NCBI GenBank assembly: GCA_012295275.1
Contig: CM022665.1
Location: forward strand, 17,112,001-17,176,000
From: Chrysomallon squamiferum
Taxonomy: Eukaryota > Animalia > Mollusca
Reading direction: 5' to 3'
DNA: 64,000 nucleotides
Shown: one piece after another, positions 13,918 through 28,137 of the stretch
Layout: the number at the start of each line of letters is the position of its first letter
Position numbering within the stretch: position 1 is the stretch's first letter
Position numbers and translations under genes: made by a program
The notes under the pieces: generated by a model
The model's database searches: none
What the model was told of the DNA's origin: nothing
Seen by the model: the letters and a program-made list of their open reading frames with translations, nothing else

Positions 13918-14185
13918 CGCACGCACGCACATCTACATGTATACATGCATATACGTGTATACACTCATGCAAGCACAATAGGTAACTTTACAAACACATT
14001 TATATTTATTACTCAGTGCAGGACAGAAATTACATTAATCATGTATCTTAAGCAAGGAAGTTTAAACAACCTTAATAGCTTGTAACTTTGATAAAAATCA
14101 ACAAATCACGACACGGAATTTGTAGTCAGTGCAAATCCAGAGACGAATTCAAAAAAAAAAAAAAAAAAAAAAAAAATAGTAATAA

Positions 14186-14220
<35 letters not shown>

Positions 14221-14277
14221 ATACAAATAAAAAAAAATATTTTAACGTGTCTGTTTGTACTTTCTAATATACAGATT

Positions 14278-14313
<36 letters not shown>

Positions 14314-14320
14314 CTTAAAT

Positions 14321-14352
<32 letters not shown>

Positions 14353-14673
14353 GTTTATTTAATCTCTGGTGGTCCGAACTGCCAGACCATAAACAAATCA
14401 TAGATTCGATAGTCGTGGTTGCTAAGTTAGCAAGCAGTAACACAGATTTCAAATAGAGTTTTGTGTTAGTGCTTCGACAGTAAATAAGTAAGATTAGAGG
14501 TTTATCTGGTTACGAATTATTGTTGGACATTTAACATGCTTAGGGCAAGCTGACAGACATACAGACATAGAGACAGAGAGTGTACAAACTACTTTTATTT
14601 TTGTTGGTGCAGCTGCTCTTTCGCTGTTGTAGTTTTTAATAATATCTTTTACTAAAATAACAACAACAACAAC

Positions 14674-14709
<36 letters not shown>

Positions 14710-15082
14710 AAATTTTCAGTAAATAAAAAGCACACAAAAAAAATCCCCACCAAACAAATAAATAAATAATGCGTGTCATCTGCTAAAGCCTGTTTAACAG
14801 GACAAATATTCAGTATAGCATGGCTAAGAGATCGCTTTCAAAGAGAGAGAAAAAAACAGTGTGATCCGATTTCTTAACTCATGTCACAAGTGTACACACA
14901 TACATGTATAAACTACATATGTATACATGCAATCATACATACACCCATACCTAAACAAATACAGATATGTACAGTACACATATGTTCTAAGTTACAGATA
15001 TAAATAACAGCAATGAGAATAAACAAAGTCGAACACTCTGATAATAATTTTAATAACATTATTATACTGGTTTAATAAGCTC

Positions 15083-15115
<33 letters not shown>

Positions 15116-15567
15116 GTTTTATTTATTTATTTATTTACGTAGTAACAGTAGCGTATGTCAAGTTCAGCTACATAACTGTAATATTACATCACTGTATTGT
15201 ACTGTATAACAGCGTCTGATGCAGATAACGTACAGCAGAATGTGAACTCATATGGTATAATACTAAACGAATCAAAACAGTGCGGTACGATATAATATAA
15301 TAATATACGGAACGTTATGAAATAATGTTGATGGTCCAATTACATAATTGTAACGTTTTATCACTGTATTATACACTATAATGTAAGGCTGCGTTTTACG
15401 GTACGAAACAATACGACATAATATAATATGTTCAGATTGATTAGTTCAATAAATAAATCAGTTATCTGACATTATGTAAATTATGTAGTCAGTTCATTAG
15501 TACCATCAGTTGTTTTAAAAGATATAAATGACACCATATACATATCCATCTTATTGCATTTTGTCAA

Positions 15568-15600
<33 letters not shown>

Positions 15601-16296
15601 TATATTCATGTTTCAAATAAATAAATAAATATATAAATAACAATAATAATAATAAAAAATAAAAAATGAAATAAAAATATTAAATAAAATAAATAATAAA
15701 GAATACATTAAAATAAATGTAACGTATCTTCATGTCTTTGAATTAATAAATAAAAGAGCATGTTAAGATATAAAATAACATATTTATTTCAGTCTATGTT
15801 TGTACAAGGTGCATGATGTTAAAACACACTGCAACGAACACCAGTGCTAAAAGAGCACAGTCTACCAGCGTGACATCGTATCAGTGACAAGGAAGCCCAG
15901 TTTCTGTGGATGGTTGGCTTGCACGTGACAAGGTCATCTAGAATGACAGCAGATCTTGGGTGTGGGGTATTGTAGTTCCCTAGGACCGCAAAGTGGGACC
16001 TGTGAGCAGAACTCTGGTCCAAGTTCAATGGGCTTTCACTTAAAAACGTATAAAATAACACTATAATGTGGTTTGCAGTGCAGTCTAAAGAATGTCATTT
16101 AGGAGTATTTGAATGGAAATAAGAGATAAACAAAAAATATTGCTTCAGCAGCAAGTTTTAGACATGCAAAATCAAAATTTTAAATAATAAAACTGTGGCC
16201 CTTAAAGGTACGTAATGCACCTCTTTAGGTGATTGCCTAGTTGGTCTAAAGGTAGCACTGATCCTGATTATAGACATGCATTTTCACTATGTCTGG

Positions 16297-16472
16297 TAGA
16301 CGCGGGTCTACATTTTCGGGGTCCCTGAATCTTGAACAATTGTGGGGGCCCTTCGCAAGCAGCAACGAGGTGTTGGTAACTACTCTTAACAAATTTAAGA
16401 AATATGGATTAATGTCGTTTCTGGGACCCCTATGAGATTAGATTCATTAGTTTCATAATAAATCCGCCCTTG
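16297..16472. mobile_element. Degenerate hAT-like MITE
   Basis: Imperfect TIRs TAGACGCGGGTCTA / TAAATCCGCCCTTG, internal GGGGCCC/GGGACCCC motifs, and TGTCTGG duplicated on both sides (16290-16296 and 16473-16479). Confidence 0.6.
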
Positions 16473-17182
16473 TGTCTGGATGTGTAAATGTGTATAATAA
16501 AAATGAATATTGGTATATAACAAACATATAATTTTCATTTGAGTGTTTTTCTATTTTGTGTATGTGTATTTATGAGTAATATACATACAATCAATGTGTT
16601 TATACAAGTGCGTGAGAATATGCCTGCGTGCACGTTAGTTCGTGGTTTCAGGTTCTAGTTACGTCCGTTTTATCCGTATACATGTACATACAAACAAAAT
16701 ATTCACTTATGCACAGTTCCTTTACTCCGCGTTATACAAGGATTAATAATTATTAAAAAAAGAAAAAAAAAATGTTTGGTTTATCAGTGCACGGCTTATC
16801 CTCAGTCAGCCGTGACCGTTTTCTATTGAATCAACTGTGGTCTGTGTTGTGTTCGATACATAGCAACGACGCTAACTCTGTTAATTTAATAACCTAGAAT
16901 AATATTCAGATCTCGCGATATCGTGTACCAGACAGAGAGATCTGTCTTACCTCTTTGGAAATGGACTTTTCCGCTATCCATCCAATAACAATACTTGTTT
17001 TGTAATCGTTAGGAAAGAAAGGAATTCTGCTAGATGGTTGGTTGCGAGAAGTCAGGAATGAATAATTCGAATTTATAAAAGTAGTTTTGAAATTCAAAGC
17101 ATTAAAGCAAGCACTTTTTCCAGTGACCTTTTTGTTTTGTTTTATTTTATTTTATTTTATTGAATTGTATTTATTTATTTAC

Positions 17183-17204
17183 TTATTATTATTATTATTA
17201 GTAT

Positions 17205-17299
<95 letters not shown>

Positions 17300-17338
17300 G
17301 CTGTTGTTGTTGTAGTAGTAGTAGTAATAGTAGTACTC
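17183..17338. repeat. Compound trinucleotide repeat (TTA)n(GTA)n(GTT)n(GTA)n
   Basis: Seen directly. It explains the poly-Val ORF 17087..17344. Confidence 0.95.
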
Positions 17339-18519
17339 GTATAATATTTATTATTTTGGTGTGCGGGTGGTGGTGGTGATAGTTTACAATTAAGCTATTG
17401 ACTACAGTTATATACTGAATTATATTTACATAAATATTATTGATTATGCATACATTAATTATTTGACTATATTCACGCTAATATATCGGGCTTCGCTAAC
17501 ACAAACTGCCACTATGAACTACTAGTAAAGAACTCTCTGATACGACACTCAAGAATTTCTGGTTGGAATGGGATATAGTCAAATGGCATGCGGAGACTTG
17601 AAATAAAAGAAAATATAACATTGTTAAATGAGTACGTGATTTTTAATTACTTAAGAAGCTCTGTTTGAAGTATAGTGTGATTGATACAATGACTGTACAT
17701 CTGAAAGAGTAGTTAAGTATTTACATAGGTCTACCAAAACATATTTGCTATTTTTACAAAGTTAGCAGCAGTGAAGCAATAAGGCGTTTCATGTAATGCA
17801 TATAACAAACATTTACATAGATTATTAGAACGATTACCTAACACACCTAAATGGAAAATCGCACGGGAAATATAAAGTCAACAGGCCTACCAAAACGAGC
17901 ACAATGATTTTATTTTATTTTATTTATTTATTTAAATTATATAGAATCTGCTGAATAAATATTAACATTTAATGGAGAGATTATTGATTTCATTGATAGG
18001 TATAGATAGACACGTAGTAAATTTTACTATACATATATATATTATACAAATGGATTTTTACATTGCAAAATTTTGTTATTAAAGAATATTTTGACGCAAT
18101 AAAGGCAATGTTCGAAGAAGAATCCAAAACGCAAAAGGCAAGGAAAAAAAAAAAAAAAAAAAAAATAAAATAAAAAAAATAAAATAAAATTAAAAAAATT
18201 AAAAATCTTGTCTTTGTCTGTAAGGCTATTTGATAAAATTGTTAAACCATTTTCTGCCTTTTTTCTTTATATATATGTGTGTGTGTTTTCCTGTGTGCGT
18301 GTGTATGTGTGAGAGTGAATGTACGCATGTGCGAGAGAGTGTGTGTAGTAGTACATCTGTACGTGTTTGAGAGTATGTATGTACTTAAGTCAGATATAAA
18401 GTTTAATGACACACTTAACTGTAATTTCGTTACAGTTCACCAATAACAGGCCATATATATATATAATAATAAAAATAATGATAAATAAAAATAAAATAAT
18501 AATGATAGTGATAATGAGG

Positions 18520-18607
<88 letters not shown>

Positions 18608-18810
18608 AATAAAATAAAATAAAATATAATTTTAGAAATCGTCGTTATGGATATAGAAGGCATTTTTATTTGTATACATCTCCGATATATATACATATAT
18701 ATAAAGAAAAAAAAAAAGGAGAAAAAAGAAAACAGATTAAAAATAACATTGTAAAAAGATCTTTATTGAAACATGTATGTAAACTTTCACAAATTTAATT
18801 CATAAATGCT

Positions 18811-18845
<35 letters not shown>

Positions 18846-19220
18846 TTTTTGTTTTTTTTGTTTTTTACTTTTAAAATGATTACAATTGCTTATTTACTGC
18901 AGTAAATAATATATATTAAAATATATAAATTTTCGTTGCTTTCTGTTGTGATTGTGAACTTAGTTTTCAAAATAACAAAAGTATTAATTACCCTCACTTT
19001 TCTCCCATCCCAGTTTTTCAAAACACATGCAGACACAGATTCATTCGTCTATACTATACATAAACGTGACATTTTTTCCTTTTATTTATTTATTCTTTTT
19101 TTTAAAACTTTATTTATTTATTTAAATAACCACTCCTTCAGAACTCCCTTAAATTCTTACTTTCCCAACATATTTTGAGACGGGTATTAAAAAAACTGAT
19201 AAAATGTAGAACATCTAGAT

Positions 19221-19478
19221 CAGGGCTACCCACACTCTTTCAGCTTGCGAGCTACTTTTAAAATGACCAGGTCAAAATGATCTACCTGTATTAAAAAATA
19301 TTAAATATATTTATGTATATATATATACTGAGTATACTTTATGTATACAATTTATGTTGGCGCACATTGCATCACTACCTGACTGAATACATTTATGGTC
19401 ACTTACACTGATGACTTGCAGTGAATGGCGCGCTATCTACCCGCGCTACACTGGCGATCGACGTATTGGGCACCCCTG
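19221..19478. mobile_element. Non-autonomous hAT (Charlie/Buster-type) MITE, 258 bp
   Basis: Termini CAGGGCTACCCA...TGGGCACCCCTG. The 8-bp TSD is ATCTAGAT (19213-19220) / ATTTAGAT (19479-19486), 7/8 identical with a central TA. Confidence 0.8.
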
Positions 19479-20819
19479 ATTTAGATAATATTGTGGAATG
19501 CAGTTTAGTTAGAAAGTATATTCGGGGACTCAGTCTTTCGTGCATTCTGTAACACAAGTAAATTAGAGTTATTTGCATGACACCAAATTTCTTTGACATT
19601 TAATTTAAATTCGCAATACTATTGCCTGCCATAAATTGATTTTACTTGATTCTTTCAGGAGGATAATTAATTGAGTACACAAAACAACATGAAAAGAAAT
19701 TCAGTCAACTGAAAAACTGCAGCACCAACAACAGCAACAGTAATAAATGTTTTTATTATTTAATACTTTATTGTCATTATATTTCTTTTGCAGTTGATTT
19801 CTGTAGCATACTGCCATTCATGATAAACTATAAATTGCTGCCTGAAATCTGTTAAATCACGCACAATTTTAGCATAATTTACATTCCATTTTATATTAAA
19901 CATCTGAACTAAAGATCATGTTAAAAGTCATTACACGTTTCTAATTTTCAAGTTATAAAAAGGCATATGACAGTTTAACGTATACATAGCTCTAACATTT
20001 TCAATTATTTTTACACTTGTAACTAATTTTTTATTACATATGTAAATGATAACTGTAAAATTACCGTGTTAACATTCCTATAATTTGTACTAATTCAGTA
20101 TTACCCTTAATTTTTCTTCTTCTTCTTATTATTTTATTTTCAAAATTTATTTAGTAACTGACTGAAATGTTGCTAACAATTCAGTCAATCCATTCACCTT
20201 GTTAATGTTTTTAATTAGTAAGATTTGTTGCATTTCACTTTAACTAAGTGGTTCAAGCTTTGAATCTGAATGTATTTATGGTAAGACAGCCTTTAAAATT
20301 ATTTGTTCACAGTTGACTTCCTTTCTGTGTCACTGAATGATGCAAACTCTAAGGTTACAAAGTTTATAATATAAACTAGAAAATATAGTTGGCGTTATTA
20401 ACATTTTCATAGTCAGATGATGTCTTGTAAAAAAAAAAAAAAAAACTGAAGGTACAATTTTCAAAATAAATGAAAATAGCAACTATTAAGTATATCAATA
20501 AGGTTACAAGACAAAAAAAAAAGAAAATGGTAAGTAAGATTTATGTAGAGAATAGCAGCTCATCTACCACAAAGTTAAGTGAATGAATGTAAATGACATC
20601 ATTGTAATTTTAGATTACTTCCCATTTTACTCAGGTTCCTGTAACATGCATAATAGGCACTGGCATTAACCTTGCATTTTAGTTCTACCCTTTGTTACCA
20701 GAGGTTTTACTCAGTGTTTTGCTGCATTAAAAAAAATAAAAAAAATAAAATAAAATAAAATAAATAAATGAATAAATAAATAAATAAAAAAGTATTTGTG
20801 AGTTTTCATAATCATGTCT

Positions 20820-20925
20820 TAGAAGAACTACAACATGATCTCAGCTAGCAGCACTGACTAGAAGAACTACAACATGATCTCAGCTAGAAGCACTGACTAG
20901 AAGAACAACAGCCTGATTGCAGCTA
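20820..20925. repeat. 39-bp tandem repeat, about 2.6 copies
   Basis: AGAAGAACTACAACATGATCTCAGCTAG(C/A)AGCACTGACT at 20821 and 20860, with a degenerate copy at 20899. Confidence 0.9.
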
Positions 20926-21354
20926 TAATTGCTGTAGTGATATCACTGCTGAACATTATAGAACAGTATCTGCAGCACACTATAGTATAGTAAAGTGTAG
21001 TGCAGAATAGTATAATACAGTGTTATGAAGTGTGGATTGCATAGTATAGCACAGTGTGGTGTTACATTAGTACAAAATAGTATTATTACAGTATTATTAT
21101 ATTTATATTTGTTTTTTTGTTTGTTTTATTGCTGAAGCATCAACACCAGTATTAATGATAGTAGCAGTAGGATGTAGTAGCAGAGGTATCAACCTATGTC
21201 AATTCTGAGGAGTGGGAAAAATAAAAGTCAGGGTCCAAAATGGAGACCTCTGGAAGGTTTTTAACATGTAATGTTAGAACAAGAAAGGAAAAGGGCAATT
21301 TTATATATAATTATTTTAGATGAGGAAATGGTGTTTATTTTTTATGTACCTTAT

Positions 21355-21620
21355 TGTAATTCATAATGATACTTTTTGCTTTTTTTAAAGCATTTGTTTA
21401 GTTAGCTCCCATTTATTGCAGGGTGCTTGCAATTTTGGCTTGGACATTATAATCAACAATGTTAAAGTGCCATCCAATGATACACTGTTCCTAAGATCTG
21501 TCTCATTCTTTGTGATCAAGCTGAAAACTATCTCCTCTCCAGCAATGGTGTGTGAGATGATGATCAGAACAAGTTTGACAACCACAGCAAGTTCTCTAAA
21601 TCTGTGTCCCACCCCAACAA
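21355..21620 (-). pseudogene. Degraded hAT-superfamily transposase C-terminal (dimerisation-region) fragment
   Basis: Minus frame RFRELAVVVKLVLIIISHTIAGEEIVFSLITKNETDLRNSVSLDGTL...PCNKWE resembles the hAT C-terminal pattern (P-x-SNA-x-x-ERVFS...R-x-x-L), with the motif decayed. No upstream catalytic region is present. Confidence 0.65.
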
Positions 21621-22127
21621 GCTTGCATGTAGAAATTATTTCCTTTTTTGTTTTCATGGATTTTTTTTCATTTTTATTTTTTATTTTTATTATTGATCTT
21701 TTGAGTGATAAGAATAAGACTAAAACCAGAATAACTTTAATTTTATTTTTCTGATGTACTACAATGATAAACCAAATAAGTTATTGGTAGCACCTGTGAA
21801 TTTCTTGCTGGTACTGAACATATATATATATATTAACACACAAATACACGCACAGTGACGTTGGTGATGATAAAATGAGAAAGAATTCGAATGTGATTAA
21901 ATTCAGGTTTTTCAAGGTAGACAACTCCGTGGCGAACACTACGACGGAGACGTATTATTCGCAAATGTTTTTATTATTATTATTTTTTTAATGGATTACA
22001 AAAGTGGATAAAAGACTGAGTGAATAGCATTTTTTATTTAATTACAGCGTTTTATATAACAGGATAAAGAAGGTGTGAAGAAATCTGTTCACTTTTAAAT
22101 GCTTGATGTAATTAAATCAACATTATC

Positions 22128-22163
<36 letters not shown>

Positions 22164-22864
22164 TATTATTATTATTGTTATTATTATTATAAGAAGAAGA
22201 TGAACAACAACAAACATAACAAGAACAAAAGTAATTACTAGGTTAATAGTTTACTAGGTTTCTGAACACTTCTTGCTCGACATAAATTTGAAACTTATAT
22301 TTTCCCCACCCCAATAAAAAAAAAGATAACATAATCATGAGATATTTTTAATTTCACGTACTTATATATAAAAATAATGATAACAATAATAATTTTGCCA
22401 GTGATTACAACAGTTTTGTATGCCATGTTTCAGTTTGAACATAAATTAGCGACTGTATTTAATTTAATTCTGTAATTTCTCACTAGGAAGCCTAGTATTC
22501 GAAACGAAGATGTGTGTTACAGAGATCTGTTTTCTGGTAATAACATTGTAATCTGATACACACAGATAGAATGGCGAGTGTCAGTGGTTCTGCAAATAGA
22601 ATTAAATTGTTCACGTTTATTTCTTATTTCGTTTTCTTCTTTTCTTTTCTTACTTTATTCTTTATTAATTTCTGCTTTTCAGTTCTGCTTTGTTTTTAAT
22701 TTAATTATGTTGCTGACTTATTTATTTGCTTAGTATAGTACTGTTTTTGTCGTCGTTATTATTATTATTACTCATTTTGTTGTTTTTTACTTATAAATAT
22801 TATGATTATTTATTCATGTTCTTACTGTTGTTATTATTGTTGTTGTCGATATATTTTTATTTTA

Positions 22865-22896
<32 letters not shown>

Positions 22897-24524
22897 TTAT
22901 TTATTTATTTATTTATCATCACGAAAAGGTTTGTTTGATTTTTTTATCTTCTTAAATATTAGCATATAATATGAAACTGATTTTTTCAGTTTAACGTTCT
23001 GTGATTTTTGTCGACTGGTAACACAAATACCCGACGTTGTCCGCGATAAATCCAGTAAAATTTTAGAAAACGAGAGAACAGAAAATTCAGTCTGAGAGTT
23101 TTAACAGTCACTTGCTGCAAGAAACAAATGACTGTCGCATTCCGGAGCAGTGAGGTCGAGACGATCTATACAATTCCAAGCTCTAGTCACATTAACGTCA
23201 CAGTATCAGAAGGACGATTTTCACATTTATTTCATAAATGTTATGCTCACGAGGCTCACCTCCGTGAACAGGTGTGTGATGTTGCCCTCAAGAACTCCAC
23301 ATATTCATGTCAGGTTGTCCTGCCAGATATGGCAGCCTTACACCAAACGGTTTCAAGGTGTTTAGCGAAAAAAGAAAGAAACAGATTTTTGTTAGTTACA
23401 TTTTTTTTATTACATGTAAGTATAGTTCAAGTTTACATTTTCCATGAAAGGTGGTGAAAAGCTCAGAGCACCGTTTTGAGTATGTACTGTTACCGTCAGT
23501 GTCGACCGATTTTTTTTAGGGATATGATTTCTAGTATGATATCTATAAAAGATCAGTCAGATGTTGATTTTTTGAGTTATAAATAAATAAGTAAAAATAA
23601 GTAAATAAATAAATAAATAAATAATAATAAAATAAATAAATAAATGAATAAATAATTTAAAATATCTGTTAATAAAAAATATATTATGGATCGGTAAACA
23701 AACAATTAAATCTTTCAGTAATTCATTATAACTTCCAGTAGACTGTCTAACATCCAGCGTCATGCAGCTGTTTCTTGTACATTTTTACTGTTTTGCTTAC
23801 GAAACGCTTTACGTGTAATGCCAAGTTACCTGTCAACGTCATCATGTTTTCTACGACCGCAGTAGCCACTGATATTCAGATTTCGAGCAGTTTTGAACAA
23901 GCGAGAAGACTGACTGTCTCTACAAAGTGAGACATGTCCTTTCTTTCCTATGTAGGCCTATTGCGTAGAATACGGCCAATTTGATCTGAGTCCACTTGAA
24001 CGAACGCTTACACAAAATGTACCAGGGAGTTCGTGTGACCTAGTTACATCGAACTGAATGAAGATACGACTAAGTAAAATGAATTAATCTGGACGTTGCG
24101 AAGATTTTTGCGAAGATGTCGATGAACCAACCGCCTTGTTATTGGATTTTTGTATTAATGGAAATGTAATTAATGAGATGCATGTGTGTGTGTATGTATG
24201 TATGTAAGTGTGTATGTGTATGTATAAATATAAAATGTATGTATGTATGTATGTATGTGTTTGTATGTGTGTGTATATATTATTTATCTCTTAAATTAAT
24301 TTTATATCTCAATTCATTTTATTTTACTTTATAAATAGTTTTGTTTTTCTTTGTTTGATTTTCTTTAAATTTTCTTTAATTAAATTAATTTATTTATTGC
24401 ATATTTCAAGTTGCTTATTATCTTTTATGTTGGTTCTTAGCAACGATAAATATATCATATACGTCTTCCTACAGACATGAAAGGAGGACGAACGACATCT
24501 TTTTAAACACCAATCAAATAACAC

Positions 24525-24575
24525 GGAGAAAGAAATTGCCCAATGGGGCACATCAACAAGCTTTGATCCCGTATA
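24525..24575. mobile_element. Probable SINE remnant
   Basis: GAAATTGCCCAATGGGGCAC...TTGATCC resembles an abundant gastropod tRNA-derived SINE as I remember it. Related fragments lie at 31310-31400 and 61500-61595. Confidence 0.35.
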
Positions 24576-25444
24576 CTATCATTCTTCCTACGTGCGTCCT
24601 TACTTGTCAGTAACACCCTAACAAACGCAGCCTAAAAAAAGCGCCAAATCGTACGCTATGAAAAGCTGTTTTATAGCTTTATGCATGCAGTTTTATTGTT
24701 TTCTATTGTTTTATACAAGTGATTTAGCTGCCAGTGCTTTTCGAAAGAGAACGAAGATCTAGTTATTGATGTAGAATAATTTGAACTTTTCTCTTACTGC
24801 ATCATGGTTTTTATTTTAGTGTGTTTTATTTGAAAGTATAAAAACAATAAACTGACGAGAACACACAGTTACTATCCTGGTACTGAAAATAGTTTCAAAC
24901 ACCAAGCACAGGAATAATACTGTACACGGGTTTCACTATCAAACAACCAAGCTCTTGCCAGACATTTTTAGGACCTAATAAATATCGGACAAAGATGTCT
25001 TACTCATAACTAATCCTTCGAAACGTATTTCATTTCGGTTTTTACGATTTAACGAGCGATCAAATGTAGCCTTTGAATCTTTTTAACTAACAATGAAAAA
25101 AGAAGCAAAACGAAAACAAATCAATTTTTATTACACAGCGGAACATTTTGCGATACCGCAGTCGATGGTCAAAAAGGTCACTGTTGAAGACGTTTTCCTT
25201 TTGACCTTTAGAAATGCTACAACCCAATTTGATCAGTTCTAAATCTGGCACTAATTAAGAAAATTGATAACAGTAATAACATAAGAACTTTCAATATTAA
25301 CTTCAAAATAAGGAATTAATTTGTTCATAGCTTTTTATTTTGAATACTGAGTGCTGAGGTAGGTGCTGTTATTAAGAGTATTATTTTTATTCATAGTAAT
25401 TATTGACGTCAAAGTTATTTCATTTTCAGTTTTAAACCCCAGCA

Positions 25445-25572
<128 letters not shown>

Positions 25573-26556
25573 TGTTTATGTGGGATATTGTTTCTATTTA
25601 AGAGATATAGCAGTGTTACATGGATCTGTATTTGCGTTCTTTTGTAGGATATGTGTGTGCAAACCTCAACGACAATTTGAAACCGATTTTTTTATTTATT
25701 AAAACGACAAAAAAAGCTCGTAAATCGCAACGGAAGTTGTTTTCTGTCACTGACAGATTTTATCGAGACTACCCCTATCATGGAACTAAGAGCCGCGTGC
25801 TCAAACGAATCATAGTGCGACTTCAGTCAACAGGAAACTGAAATTCCCCCACGTTTGTCGTTTGGACAATGATTTGATGTGATTAACGAAAAACCGATCT
25901 GTCTGGCAAAACGTGAACTGAATAGACATCTGTTTACCGAAAAGAAACCAAAGCTATTTTAACTAATGTTACGTCTAATGTTTCGCTAGGAACTTAAGAT
26001 AACTGCATATATACATACATATATTTGTATAATAAATAAATAAATAATAATTAAAAAAATCTTGTTTATCATTATTTTGTTTAACTTTTAGTACGATTTG
26101 CCTCTCTATCTATCCATCTGTCTATGTATTAATCTATCTACTTGAATATCCATCCACACATACATATATACATGCACAAATTGACAAGCGCACACACACA
26201 CACACACACACACACATATGTCTATACACACACACACACATAAGACACTTGGACAATCACACATATTATACTGAAGAAAAAAGTCAAGAAAAAACCATTT
26301 AGTATCATTTCTAAGGACTGATCCGGGAATTCTAAACACTTCAGCTCTGTCATTTATTACACAGTATTCTCTAGGTGAAACATTTACACCTGGTAGGAAA
26401 GAATCTATTTTTGTGTTCGCTCTAGGCGCTGTAAATCGTTTATTCAATAACACATCAGTATTAGGTATTTGATGAGAAGAGTTTGTGTTTACAAATAATC
26501 AGTTTGGAAGTAACGGGAGGTAATGTAGTCATATAAATAAATGTAGCCTTATTATG

Positions 26557-28002
26557 ACAGGAAAGCTACCGACATATCCCATGCTACTTCTATTGTGTTG
26601 ACTAGTTTCAATAATCTTAAGGTAGCATCACGGCCACGATAACAGCATTATAGGCCCCCGGGCAAAGCAGAACACTGGGGCCCCTACCTTCACAATCACT
26701 CATAGGAATATAAATGTAAATGGTCGATAAAATTAAACATATATTTATTGTATTGGTGCTTCCAACAAAACCTGTGTTTAAACATTAAAAAACATGCTGT
26801 ACAGCAAATGTTTGAACGATATAAGATGAGCCTTGAGAAACATCAAAATTTCAATACATAAAAGATATTCAGTTGGTAGACAATACAGACGGAGAAGGCG
26901 CAGTATAAAATTACTGTGAATTATTTATTATTAATGAAGAGTTAAACAGAAACGAAATTCGCAAAATTTCTTTATCTTCAATAAAACACATGCTCATAAT
27001 GTATTTTCCAGTAACAAATATTTGTGGTGCAGTATAGTATAGTATAGGATAGTTTTTATTTATTGACAGAAAATCACAACATATTTAGATTAGTAATGGG
27101 TCCTGTGCTTGTAGGGCCCCCGGGCAAGTACCCAGCGTGTCCATGTGTTAGGGCGGCCTCGGGAAATGGTCTTTGATAAATAATTAGTTATAAACTAAAA
27201 CAAAAATTATAAATAAATAAATAAATAAATATTATAAAACTAATAAGTCAAGTTTTCGACGCCATTTGTGATTTTGAAGGTGTGTTTTGGATTCACTACC
27301 GTTTCATATATCTTCACGTTGACACGATTATGTTTATGCTAGTTTAATCTAATTTTTATTATTCGACTGGTCTATCCTAAATTAATTAAAAAAAAAAAAA
27401 AAACCTCAGTTAAATCCAAATTAAACAGATGTAACAACAGCTACACCTGTATTTGTAAATGAAAAACATATTTTAAAATTCATATTAAACAAGGTGATCG
27501 ACAAATTCTTTAAATACGTTTTATCATTATTACGAGATAGAACGGGAAAAAAAAAAAAAATTTTAACCTGGCGTTAATACACTTGTCTGTTTCTGTTGGA
27601 TGCTTAACCGTATTAATGTAGACTTAGATACAGTTGAGTGTATAGTAAGCAAGCGATGTAATAACATTATATTTGTGACGTACTGCAGCCGGGTCACAAA
27701 TTGTAAGGTAAATATAATATTAATATAATGTATAAAAGTCGAGAAAACAGACTTACTGAATTTTAATGTCTTGATGAAAATGCTGATATATTTTTTGTCG
27801 AATTCACATGCCGGTCTTGTAAACTGAAGATAACAAAGTTTGCATACACCCAAACTGATGACATTAAATCGTCCAGTGAAAATTTGTCGAAGTTCGATGT
27901 TTGAAATTTTGTGTTTTATCTTATTTTAATTGTCTTTACCGTACCAAATAGTCAACACAATAGAAGTAGCATGGGATATGTCGGTAGCTTTCCTGTGCTG
28001 TT
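26557..28002. mobile_element. Non-autonomous TIR DNA element, copy 1 (left TIR lacks its outer 6 bp)
   Basis: Left TIR ACAGGAAAGCTACCGACATATCCCATGCTACTTCTATTGTGTTGACTA at 26557-26604. Right TIR at 27949-28002, followed by TA. The element is a near-exact reverse complement of 43433..44884. Confidence 0.9.
26629..27161. mobile_element. Nested ~530 bp hAT-like MITE inside element copy 1
   Basis: Degenerate termini CACGGCCACGATAAC / GTTAGGGCGGCCTCG (CAGGGCC...GGCCCTG type). Subterminal GGCCCCCGGGCAA occurs near both ends around an AT-rich core. No intact TSD. Confidence 0.65.
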
Positions 28003-28037
28003 TATATACATTTAATAATTATATGTGGTAGTCAGAT

Positions 28038-28137
<100 letters not shown>

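Noticed and set aside
22128-22190. (AAT)n(ATT)n hairpin, with a similar case at about 41295-41418
   Set aside because: It consists of abutting complementary microsatellites, which are expected in such repeat-rich DNA. No evidence of function.
23128-23457. 109-aa ORF starting with ATG
   Set aside because: No recognisable domain and no convincing splice sites.
27563-27853. ORF duplicated at 43537..43872 as a possible transposase or recombinase
   Set aside because: It is short, has no DDE, tyrosine- or serine-recombinase motif, and its identity simply reflects the recent DNA duplication.
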